From assembly GCA_002377585.1 (NCBI GenBank), contig DFQC01000007.1:2706-66705 (forward strand): a stretch of DNA of 64,000 nt, read 5' to 3'. A program made the translations under genes and the position numbers. The stretch is from Anaerolineales bacterium UBA3499 (lineage in GTDB: Bacteria; Chloroflexota; Anaerolineae; Anaerolineales; UBA11657). Each line of letters opens with the position of its first letter. Position 1 is the first letter of the stretch. Of this stretch, positions 46,249 through 54,867 are shown one piece after another. The notes beneath the pieces are model-generated. The model saw only the letters and a list, made by a program, of their open reading frames with translations, searched no databases and was not told where the DNA came from.

Positions 46249-47166
46249 ATGAGTGTTGTTGTATACGGTAGCATCAATACTGACTTGATTGCTTACACTC
46301 CAAAGCTTCCACAGTGCGGAGAGACTTTGCTTGGGAAGTCCTATCTTATGGCTCTAGGAGGCAAAGGTGCAAATCAGGCCGTAGCTGCTGCAAAACTAGA
46401 TGCAAATGTAAGTATGGTGGGACATGTAGGTGATGATACATTTGGTCTCCAAGTACTAGAACAACTGACTGATTATGGTGTAGATGTGTCCAGTGTTGAA
46501 ATGGTTTCTGACCAAGGTAGTGGCTTGGCTGTGATTAGTGTGGACGACAATGGAGAAAACACAATTATTGTTTTGTCAGGAGCTAATATGCAGTTTGATC
46601 GGCAAGATGTTAACCGCACTGAGAGCCTATTTGACGATACTAAAGTTTTACTTTTACAACTGGAAGTTCCGGTTGAAGCAGATTTAGCAGTTGCACGTGC
46701 AGCGCATGCTAAGGGTATTACGGTGGTTTTGGATCCAGCCCCAGCAGCAGAATTGCCAGAGGAGTTGTATGGTGCGGTTGATATTTTGACCCCAAATGAG
46801 GTGGAGACTGAAATGATGGTTGGTATACGACCTTCTTCACAGGAAGAAGCTGCCGAAGCTGCCAGGATACTACAAAGTCGTGGGGTCCATACAGTTATTG
46901 TCACACTTGGTTCTGAAGGAGTATTTTGTGCATCAGGTACTAGAAGTATCTATGTACCAGCGTTTGATGTAGATGCTATTGATACTGTCGGTTCAGGTGA
47001 TGCATTTAATGGTGGACTGGCAGTAGCAATTTCAGAAGGCCTGGAGATTGATGAGGCTCTTCATTGGGGCGCAGCTGCAGGTGCGCTTAGTACGACTCGT
47101 TCGGGTGCAGCCGGAGCTATGCCTGATCGAGCTGAATTGATTAGTCTTATATCTAGTAGTAGGTAG
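46249..47166 (+). CDS. rbsK: Ribokinase
   Basis: VVVYGSINTDL, GGKGANQAVAAAKL and DTVGSGDAFNGG match canonical RbsK. I prefer the ATG at 46249. Confidence 0.8.
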   Translation: MSVVVYGSINTDLIAYTPKLPQCGETLLGKSYLMALGGKGANQAVAAAKLDANVSMVGHVGDDTFGLQVLEQLTDYGVDVSSVEMVSDQGSGLAVISVDDNGENTIIVLSGANMQFDRQDVNRTESLFDDTKVLLLQLEVPVEADLAVARAAHAKGITVVLDPAPAAELPEELYGAVDILTPNEVETEMMVGIRPSSQEEAAEAARILQSRGVHTVIVTLGSEGVFCASGTRSIYVPAFDVDAIDTVGSGDAFNGGLAVAISEGLEIDEALHWGAAAGALSTTRSGAAGAMPDRAELISLISSSR

Positions 47167-48958
47167 TTCGTATCACTGGCTGAAACAACTGAGTTTGTTT
47201 TGCGCATACTGGATCTAGTGCGCAGCATTTGCAATCAGGCTCACTCATTTCAGGACATCCTTTCCGCATTCTGAACAAGAGTTGGTCCACAGCAACCATG
47301 TTAAGATTTGGCGATGTATCTACTAACATGTTGATTGCCTTATATACGTTTTGGCGGACATCATATTCTTGTTCTTCACTTACCAATTCGCGTCTTGTAA
47401 TTTTTTGCTGAAGGTAGGTGTCAGAAACACTCACCATACCAGTGCGTAATGCGGTACGCATGAGGTGATAATCAATACATGGAAGTTCTTCTTCAGAATC
47501 CCCAAGTTGTAAAAAGTTCTCAGGTCGATTTAATAGTATATATATTAGCAAAGCAGATTTTTTTTGTAACGGGTCATTTTTGTATCCGCCAATATTCCAT
47601 AAAATTCTTAGTAAATCGGCCATTGGTGTCTTGGAAATTTGGGTTTTTTGGATCATTTTGGCAGGTGTCATGCCTAAATCTGACATATCTTGACCATAAG
47701 ATTGAGCCTCGGACAAATGCAGCTCGATTGCTGGCATAGGACAGTGTCCGTCATCGTCAGCTAAAATCATTTCTAATTCCTCTTTAGAAAGATTTGCTTG
47801 CCTATTGACGCTGAAGAAGTCGGGATCACTATCTAGCATCCGCAAATAAGCAGCCCCTATGTAATCAGACCCTTTGCGTTCATGCCCGTCTATTTTTGCT
47901 ATCATAGGCGCAACATATTTATCATTGTTTTTGGTCCAGAATCCAAATTGCTGCAAAGTTAACGCAAAGAAAAAGTCCAATGCGTTGGGATGTCCTACAG
48001 CAGGTTGTCCTATTCCGGTAAATGTATAAGGCAATTCATCAGCCTCTTCTGTTTCCATGACCTTAGCAATTTGTCTGATTCTGTTAGTATTTATCGACGC
48101 TTGTGAAGCGGAGTCAGTTGGTGTTGTGCTTACCTGTTGCATTAGACCCTCAGTGCCTAAATGACTTACAGTTACTTCGGCGATCTTTGCAGCTTGTTTG
48201 GCAGCCTGTATTGGATGTTCTAATTTACACAAATAGGATAATACCGCTCCGCAAAATGAATCGCCGGCTCCAGTTGGGTCTCGAGGGTTGATTGGTTGGA
48301 TTGGTATTCGCTGCCGATCATTGCCTTGAATTATACTTACTCCATTTTCTCCATGTGTAACAAAAAGTATGGTACCGGTTGGCGAACAGATATTTTTTGT
48401 AGGACCTAAATTGTTTGCTGCTTCATGTTCATTCATGAAGCATAAATCTGCTTGTTCAATTAGTATGGATAACTTTTCTTTGTGATTGTCTTGTAGATTG
48501 TGTCCTCCACTGACTGAAATGTTCTGTGCTTTGTTATCCCGGCATTTTTTTAGCATTTTTAGTTGTACGTCAATATTGCCCAGTTGTACGATATGTACAT
48601 ATGTGTAACTTGAGAGATCTGAAGGTATGTCATTTTCAGACATGAGTGATTCGGATCTGGGTTCCACAGTAGTGTATTTAGCCGTCCCGCTATCATCATA
48701 TTCAATTGCGAAATGTGGTAGTTCATCCTGACTAACTGTTGGACCCAACCAGTTTATTAATTTGTTGATAGGTTGCATTAGTAGAGGCATGGGGCTTGGC
48801 AGAGGAGCCAACATGTCCACTTGACCGCCAGCTGCTCGAGCTCCTAATGCGGTGTAAAGACCTGCACCCCCCGTAGTGTGGATATATTTTTCATTGATAT
48901 GTAGGATGTCTTGTGAAGCTCCACCAATTACGAGTATTTTGTTCATATTGTTGTGCAT
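47153..48958 (-). CDS. Fusion protein: N-terminal PfkB kinase (K8) plus a C-terminal QNG1/DUF2419-like N-glycosylase domain with a terminal 4-Cys motif
   Basis: The first ~290 residues are PfkB (ILVIGGASQDILH, DPTGAGDSFCGA). The C-terminal ~300 residues carry, in order, ...LTLQQFGFW..., GSDYIGAAYLRML, DPLQKKSALL, CIDYHLMRTALRTGMV, EYDVRQN, VDQLLF and the end ...VIRTTYY, which I recall as QNG1-family landmarks. An inserted motif CPEMSEPDCKCCALDPVC has C-x7-C-x2-C-x5-C spacing. Confidence 0.6.
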   Translation of the reverse strand: MHNNMNKILVIGGASQDILHINEKYIHTTGGAGLYTALGARAAGGQVDMLAPLPSPMPLLMQPINKLINWLGPTVSQDELPHFAIEYDDSGTAKYTTVEPRSESLMSENDIPSDLSSYTYVHIVQLGNIDVQLKMLKKCRDNKAQNISVSGGHNLQDNHKEKLSILIEQADLCFMNEHEAANNLGPTKNICSPTGTILFVTHGENGVSIIQGNDRQRIPIQPINPRDPTGAGDSFCGAVLSYLCKLEHPIQAAKQAAKIAEVTVSHLGTEGLMQQVSTTPTDSASQASINTNRIRQIAKVMETEEADELPYTFTGIGQPAVGHPNALDFFFALTLQQFGFWTKNNDKYVAPMIAKIDGHERKGSDYIGAAYLRMLDSDPDFFSVNRQANLSKEELEMILADDDGHCPMPAIELHLSEAQSYGQDMSDLGMTPAKMIQKTQISKTPMADLLRILWNIGGYKNDPLQKKSALLIYILLNRPENFLQLGDSEEELPCIDYHLMRTALRTGMVSVSDTYLQQKITRRELVSEEQEYDVRQNVYKAINMLVDTSPNLNMVAVDQLLFRMRKGCPEMSEPDCKCCALDPVCAKQTQLFQPVIRTTYY

Positions 48959-48983
48959 TTATATAGAATGAATAATATTGAGG

Positions 48984-49056
48984 TGCCCTCGGCAGGACTC
49001 GAACCTGCGACCCCCTAGTCCGCAACCAGGTGCTCTATCCGCTGAGCTACGAGGGC
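48984..49056 (-). tRNA. tRNA-Arg, anticodon GCG as read by eye
   Basis: A 73-nt cloverleaf: GCCCTCG/CGAGGGC acceptor, GCTC/GAGC D stem, CCTGG/CTAGG anticodon stem with loop TTGCGGA, and GCAGG-TTCGAGT-CCTGC T arm. CCA is not encoded. Confidence 0.8.
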
Positions 49057-49097
49057 ATATTTTGTCACTTATGTGACAGTATTCTATTGAGTTGTAA

Positions 49098-49189
49098 TGG
49101 CGGGGAGGGAGGGATTCGAACCCTCGGTCGAGTTTAACCCCGACAACCACTTAGCAGGCGGCCCCGATCGTCCACTCCGGCACCTCCCC
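49098..49189 (-). tRNA. tRNA-Ser (GCU), class II with long variable arm, CCA encoded
   Basis: GGGGAGG/CCTCCCC acceptor, anticodon loop CTGCTAA, long variable arm, and T loop GGTTCGAATCC. Confidence 0.85.
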
Positions 49190-49201
49190 GTTTTGGTACT
49201 A

Positions 49202-49291
<90 letters not shown>

Positions 49292-49329
49292 AGGATTGAT
49301 GGTGGTGGAGATAATCATTTGGGCTCGGC

Positions 49330-49359
49330 ATTCTACCATGTAGCATATACCTCAGTCAA
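49330..49359 (-). promoter_or_regulatory. Sigma70-like promoter of the tRNA cluster
   Basis: On the minus strand, TTGACT is followed by an 18-nt spacer and TAGAAT with a TG extended -10. It lies ~40 nt upstream of tRNA-Ser(UGA), between the acpS stop and the tRNA. Confidence 0.45.
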
Positions 49360-49382
49360 CATTTTGAATACTTTACTATGTA

Positions 49383-49742
49383 TCAAGTTGCTACTACAAT
49401 TGCTGCCGCATGGTCATGAGAATGGGTCAAACTTACTGACCATTCCTCTAGACCGAGTTCTTTTGCCAATATTAGTGCATTACCACTTAAGTTTAATAGC
49501 GGCCGGTTTTGATGGTCCCTTATGATTTCAATATCTTTCCATGACACCAATCCAATTCCACACCCTAATACTTTTGAGACAGCTTCTTTGGCTGCCATTC
49601 TAACAGCCAGAGAAGGTGTTCTGCCGTTGGAATCATGCAATTCTTGCTCTGTGTATACACGCTCTAGGAAACGCTTACCATGACTAATAATCAGATGATC
49701 AATACGCTCAACTTCTATTAGGTCAATACCAGTCCGTAGCAT
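49383..49742 (-). CDS. acpS: Holo-[acyl-carrier-protein] synthase
   Basis: MLRTGIDLIEVERI... is a typical AcpS N-terminus, with ...AAKEAVSKVLG. The start at 49742 avoids overlap with the upstream gene. Confidence 0.8.
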   Translation of the reverse strand: MLRTGIDLIEVERIDHLIISHGKRFLERVYTEQELHDSNGRTPSLAVRMAAKEAVSKVLGCGIGLVSWKDIEIIRDHQNRPLLNLSGNALILAKELGLEEWSVSLTHSHDHAAAIVVAT

Positions 49743-49743
49743 A

Positions 49744-51009
49744 CTATTGTGGTCCTGCTGATGCGACAACATATGTGTCAGGGTCTAACAATCTATCGGC
49801 AGCATTTTGAATATCTTGCCTGGAAATGTCTTTGATTTGTTTTGGCAAATGTTGCAAGTAGTTCATACCTAAACTATACAATTCCATTGATGATAAAATT
49901 GCTGCTATCCCTGAGTTTGTTTCTAGTTGAATGGGGACGCTACCTAAAGCATTTGATTTGCTATCATCGAGTTCCTCATGACTTACAGACTCAATGATTA
50001 AACGATTTATTTCCTCCAGCATAATTTTTATGGTGGTGTCTACATTGCTGGGATCAACCCCAGCTATTAATCGCCATGTTCCAGGGCCAAAGCTAGCATC
50101 AGCTCTACTAAAGGAATAGTACGCCAAACCATGTTTCTTGCGTATTGTTTTACCTAGTCGGCCATACATTCCAAAAACTCCAAGTATGCTGTTAGCAATG
50201 CGTATAGATTGGTAATCCGGGTCGCTGCGTTTAGGGCCTAAATATCCCAAAACAATATCAGTTTGGGTTTTTCCCGGAATACTGACATGTTGCTTCTTAA
50301 TATAATCGATTGGTTTTGTCGTAGGTGCCTTAGCAATATCTGGCTGTTTGTTGTTTGTCCAGTCTCCAAAGTGAGAGTCTACTAATGATATCGCTTTACT
50401 TGCAGTGACATTTCCTACAATTGTAACGATCATTCCAGCTGGCCCATAGTGTTGTTTGTGGAAATCTTTGAGATCAGCTCTAGTGATATTTGTTATGCTT
50501 TCGTGATACCCATTGTTTGAGTAACCATAAGGGTGATTAGGACCAAACAGGTGCTCATAAAAAGTTAATGATGCCATGGCCCTTGTATTGTGGCTGCGCA
50601 TAGCCAGTCCAGTTAATGTTTCTGCGCGCATTCGTTCCAAGTGGTCATTTGGAAAGGTAGGATTTCTAACAGCATCGGCTGCAGTTTCTAGTATCAGATC
50701 AAGATCCTCAGGTAGTGATTTGCCACCAAATCCGACTGTGTGTACTGCGGAACTAAACCCAAGGCTTGTGCCTACAGATTCAATCTTTTCGTGTATTTCT
50801 TCGAAACTGGCGTTTTTTGTGCCACGCATCAACATGCTGGCCGTGTAACTTGCTAAGCCTGCTTTAGGCCGTTTTTCATATATAGATCCAGCATGTACGA
50901 ACGCATCTACAACCACTGAAGGGCTGTGTGGATTCTCCCATACTATAACTATAATTCCATTAGGCAAAGTTTGACGGATTATGTCTTCAGACCCAGGTAG
51001 TGTTCGCAT
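49744..51009 (-). CDS. M16-family peptidase, non-catalytic-type subunit
   Basis: M16 architecture, but the HxxEH position reads GLASYTASML with no His. It is paired with the active subunit upstream. Confidence 0.7.
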   Translation of the reverse strand: MRTLPGSEDIIRQTLPNGIIVIVWENPHSPSVVVDAFVHAGSIYEKRPKAGLASYTASMLMRGTKNASFEEIHEKIESVGTSLGFSSAVHTVGFGGKSLPEDLDLILETAADAVRNPTFPNDHLERMRAETLTGLAMRSHNTRAMASLTFYEHLFGPNHPYGYSNNGYHESITNITRADLKDFHKQHYGPAGMIVTIVGNVTASKAISLVDSHFGDWTNNKQPDIAKAPTTKPIDYIKKQHVSIPGKTQTDIVLGYLGPKRSDPDYQSIRIANSILGVFGMYGRLGKTIRKKHGLAYYSFSRADASFGPGTWRLIAGVDPSNVDTTIKIMLEEINRLIIESVSHEELDDSKSNALGSVPIQLETNSGIAAILSSMELYSLGMNYLQHLPKQIKDISRQDIQNAADRLLDPDTYVVASAGPQ

Positions 51010-51020
51010 GTTTAGTAGGT

Positions 51021-52301
51021 TCAGTTAATTTTGCCGTCATTTGGTATGTAATAACCAGTGGTGCGATTGCTGGGTATTAGGATCTTTTGTGCGACTCGAT
51101 GTACATCTGATGATGTGACTGCTTCCAACTTGTCTATATAATTAGTAAACCATGTGTAGTCATCCAGTATTTCAGCAAAGCCATACCAAAACCCGAGATT
51201 AGTCACACTCTCAGAGCTATAGGCAAACATTGCTCTTGCTTGTTTTTTTGCTTTTGACAGCTCTTCTTCAGTCGGAGCATGATTTATGGCGTGCTCAATT
51301 TCTTCATTAAGTGCTGTCTCGACCTGTTCTATAGATCGGTCAGTACGCACAGCACATGTGATGCTATACAGAAATGGATCTACTGTTGCTGATAGACTGC
51401 CGCTAAAACCGGCAGCCAAACCTTTTAATATGAGAGCCTGATATAAGCGACTGGTTTTGTTGCTAATTCCAGATCCAAACATATTAAAGGAACTAGCTCC
51501 AGATAGAATACTGTCTAGGACAATCATAGGAAAGAAGTCTGGATTAGTGGCTGCCGGGGCATGGTAAACACACTGTAAGTATGCAGTTTCGCCCTCTCCT
51601 TCTACCACAACACGTCTTTCACCTCTTTGTTGTGGTTCATCTCGTATGAATACTTTGGGCTCATCTCCTTCTGGTATTTTACCGAAATGAGTTTCTATTT
51701 GTCTATGCATCTGCGATTCCTTAAAATCTCCAACTGCAACCACAATGGCGTTTCCAGGAGTGTAAAAGGTACGGTAGTGTTTATAGAGATCTGACCGATG
51801 CATCGATTCTATGTCAATTTTGTCTCCAATGACCTCATGATGATATGGGTGTACACGAAATGCGGCAGCTTGTGTTTCTTCAGATAGTAGAAAAATAGGT
51901 TGATTCTCAGATCCTTGGCGTTCAGAAATTATTACTGTCCTCTCTGATTCAACATCCTCTTTCTTGTAAAGACTATTAGCCATGCGATCAGCTTCCAGTT
52001 TTATTGCCAAATCTATCTTGTTAGCTGGCATGGTCTCGTAATACGCAGTCCAATCTATCCATGTCATCGCATTCCATACTCCCCCCGTGCGAGAAATTTC
52101 GCTATCTGCACTGTCAGATGGATATTGCTTAGTGCCTTTGAATTGCATATGTTCTACCCAGTGTGAACTACCTGTAATTCCGGTATGTTCATGTCTTGAG
52201 CCAACACGGTACCAAACCCAGAAGGTAGTTACTGGTGCAGTGTGTACCTCGTGCAGAATCAATGTTAATCCGTTGTCAAGCCGGGATTTAGATACAGGCA
52301 T
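51021..52301 (-). CDS. M16-family zinc peptidase (pitrilysin-like), catalytic-type subunit
   Basis: The inverted zinc motif HWVEH (HxxEH) sits in GSSHWVEHMQFKGT. Confidence 0.8.
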   Translation of the reverse strand: MPVSKSRLDNGLTLILHEVHTAPVTTFWVWYRVGSRHEHTGITGSSHWVEHMQFKGTKQYPSDSADSEISRTGGVWNAMTWIDWTAYYETMPANKIDLAIKLEADRMANSLYKKEDVESERTVIISERQGSENQPIFLLSEETQAAAFRVHPYHHEVIGDKIDIESMHRSDLYKHYRTFYTPGNAIVVAVGDFKESQMHRQIETHFGKIPEGDEPKVFIRDEPQQRGERRVVVEGEGETAYLQCVYHAPAATNPDFFPMIVLDSILSGASSFNMFGSGISNKTSRLYQALILKGLAAGFSGSLSATVDPFLYSITCAVRTDRSIEQVETALNEEIEHAINHAPTEEELSKAKKQARAMFAYSSESVTNLGFWYGFAEILDDYTWFTNYIDKLEAVTSSDVHRVAQKILIPSNRTTGYYIPNDGKIN

Positions 52302-52310
52302 AATATAGAA

Positions 52311-53630
52311 TTATGGTTTTGTGCTACTGTCGTAACTACGACCTATTCCACGATGAACAAAGCCTCGTTCATGTAGCTCTTCAGGGGAATATATATTACG
52401 TCCATCAATAATCACGTTTCCTCTCATCGATAGAAGTATTTGTTCCAGATCAAGTTGCTTGAATTCATTCCATTCCGTGACTACTACAAGTGCGTCACAG
52501 TCGGCTGCTAGTTCGTATGGGTTTTCTGCATAAAATATGTCTGGCATTATGCGACGTGCAGAAGGAATAGCAACAGGATCATATGCTCTAACAGTTGCAC
52601 CAGATTCAATTAAACTCAATACTATTTCTATTGAGGGTGCTTCACGCATATCATCGGTGTTAGGCTTAAAGGCAAGTCCGAGTAATCCAATGGTTTTACC
52701 ACTTAGGTTTTGTCCTAGGTTTTCCTTCAACATGTGCACAACTTTTATCCGTGCATCAGCGTTAATGTCCATAACGCTATGCAATAGTTGCGGATGTCGG
52801 CCTTTCTCTGATGCCATATGAGCTAATGCTTTTACGTCCTTAGGAAAACAGCTGCCACCATAACCAATTCCGGCATCAAGGAATGCTTCACCTATGCGTG
52901 GGTCGCTTCCCATACCCACAGCTACTTCTTTTATGTCGGCTCCAAGCGCTTCACATATATTGGCAATTTCATTGATGAAGGATATTTTTGTGGCTAAAAA
53001 TGCATTGGAGGCATACTTTATCATTTCAGCTGTACGTAAATCTGTCACTATGATTGGGGATCTCAATGGCAAATGTAGCTGAGCAACCTGATCGGCAGCT
53101 ATTTTGTCAAGGGAACCCAGTACAGTTCTGTGTGGATTCATAAAATCTTGTAGTGCACTACCTTCTCGTAGGAATTCTGGGCAGGATACGACTGCAAAAG
53201 GGACTGTTTTAGTTTGACTGTCTCTTATAATATCTGCTACCCAGTCTCCAGTTCCTACAGGTACTGTTGATTTGTTGACAATTATCAGCGGGGTTTTCAT
53301 AGTATTGCCTATTGTAGTTGCAGCTTGGCGTACATACTGTAAATCGGCTTCGCCATCTACTCCTTCAGGGGTTCCGACTGCTATGAAGGCAAACTCAGCA
53401 TCCTCTAAAGCGACACTGTAATCGGTAGTGAATTCTAATCGCTTGGAATCTATATTGCGTTGTATCATTTCTGCAAGGCCAGGCTCGTAAATTGGTAATA
53501 TTCCCCGCCTAAGATTGTTTATGCGTGTCTCGTCTATATCTAGGCACTTAACCTTATTTCCTAAATCCGCAAAGCAGGCACCAGTGACTAAACCTACGTA
53601 TCCTGCTCCAACAACCGCAATGCTTTTCAT
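52311..53630 (-). CDS. ugd: UDP-glucose 6-dehydrogenase
   Basis: [16 protein letters not shown] Rossmann motif and the GGSCFPKD catalytic-Cys motif. Confidence 0.85.
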   Translation of the reverse strand: MKSIAVVGAGYVGLVTGACFADLGNKVKCLDIDETRINNLRRGILPIYEPGLAEMIQRNIDSKRLEFTTDYSVALEDAEFAFIAVGTPEGVDGEADLQYVRQAATTIGNTMKTPLIIVNKSTVPVGTGDWVADIIRDSQTKTVPFAVVSCPEFLREGSALQDFMNPHRTVLGSLDKIAADQVAQLHLPLRSPIIVTDLRTAEMIKYASNAFLATKISFINEIANICEALGADIKEVAVGMGSDPRIGEAFLDAGIGYGGSCFPKDVKALAHMASEKGRHPQLLHSVMDINADARIKVVHMLKENLGQNLSGKTIGLLGLAFKPNTDDMREAPSIEIVLSLIESGATVRAYDPVAIPSARRIMPDIFYAENPYELAADCDALVVVTEWNEFKQLDLEQILLSMRGNVIIDGRNIYSPEELHERGFVHRGIGRSYDSSTKP

Positions 53631-53802
53631 AGTAAATTTATCCGCTATATATATGGGCAGTATATCATTCTCGCCACAAGACTAGTGTGCAATCATACCA
53701 TAGGCATGGGTCAACATCTGTTCTTTCATGCGTTATAATCGTTGTACAAATCTAGCTGTATAAACTAAGGCATATTATATTTATCTGTAGGAGTTACGAA
53801 AA

Positions 53803-54723
53803 GTGTTTGATTTTGTTTTTCTTGGCACATCTGCATCGGCACCGTCTGTAAGTAGAGGACTGTCTGCGCATATGGTGTTACATCAAGAGTATCGTTTTCT
53901 AATAGATTGTGGTGAAGGTACACAAAGACAGATATTACGTAGTGGGTTTGGCTTTAAGAGGCTTACAAGAATATTGATTACTCATGGGCATCTAGATCAT
54001 ATTCTTGGTCTAGCCGGCTTACTTTCAACATTAACGCGTTGGGAGGCGATCGAACATGTTGAAATATGGGCAGGACGGTCTGCATTGGATCGTATACGCA
54101 GTTTGATATTTGGGGTTGTGTTTCGTGGCGAAAGGGCCCAATTTCAAATTGAATTAAGAGAACTGGAACCAGGCCCCATTCTTGTGGAAGAATCTTTTGA
54201 AATGGAGGCTTTCCCAGTTAATCATCGGGGCGGACAGTGTTTTGGTTTTATTTTCAAGGAACCTGCACGACGTCCATTTCTAAATGACAAGGCGGACGAA
54301 CTAGGTGTTCCACATGGTCCTGAGAGACGTGAACTTGTAAAGGGTCATTCTATACAGTTACCTAATGGTCAAACCATTGATCCAGATGATGTTTTGGGTT
54401 CAACGATACCAGGCACTAAATTGGTTCATGTTGGTGATGCGGGGACGACAGATGATTTGATGGAATACTGCAATAATGCTGATGCCTTAGTAATAGAAGC
54501 TACGTATCTCGAGAGTGACAAGCTTCTTGCAGAGAGATTTGGTCATTTAACTGCATGTCAGGCTGCCGAATTAGCTAGAGACGCTAATGTCAACAGTTTG
54601 TATCTCACACATATCTCGCGTAGATACAGAACACGAGATGTGCTTTCGGAGGCTGCTGAAGTATTTCCCACAGTAGTTGTAGCTCGAGATTTAGACAGGT
54701 TTCAAGTTAAGCGACACAATTGA
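53803..54723 (+). CDS. rnz: Ribonuclease Z (short form)
   Basis: N-terminus FLGTSASAPSVSRGLSA, the HGHLDH (HxHxDH) motif, 306 aa. GTG start. Confidence 0.8.
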   Translation: MFDFVFLGTSASAPSVSRGLSAHMVLHQEYRFLIDCGEGTQRQILRSGFGFKRLTRILITHGHLDHILGLAGLLSTLTRWEAIEHVEIWAGRSALDRIRSLIFGVVFRGERAQFQIELRELEPGPILVEESFEMEAFPVNHRGGQCFGFIFKEPARRPFLNDKADELGVPHGPERRELVKGHSIQLPNGQTIDPDDVLGSTIPGTKLVHVGDAGTTDDLMEYCNNADALVIEATYLESDKLLAERFGHLTACQAAELARDANVNSLYLTHISRRYRTRDVLSEAAEVFPTVVVARDLDRFQVKRHN

Positions 54724-54867
54724 GTTGGACTTTTGCAATCACAAATACAAACAAGGTTTCATATACTTATGCTAAACTGCTACGTTTGTTAGACATCTTA
54801 CGTTAGAGGCATGTCCGCCAATAAGAGCACAATCTAGATTTCGCTGCAGCATGAAGCATATCTAAAG

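Noticed and set aside
48959-49150. 63-aa ORF on the minus strand
   Set aside because: It lies entirely across tRNA-Arg and tRNA-Ser(GCU), and its GC-rich codons simply reflect the tRNA stems. It is not a gene.
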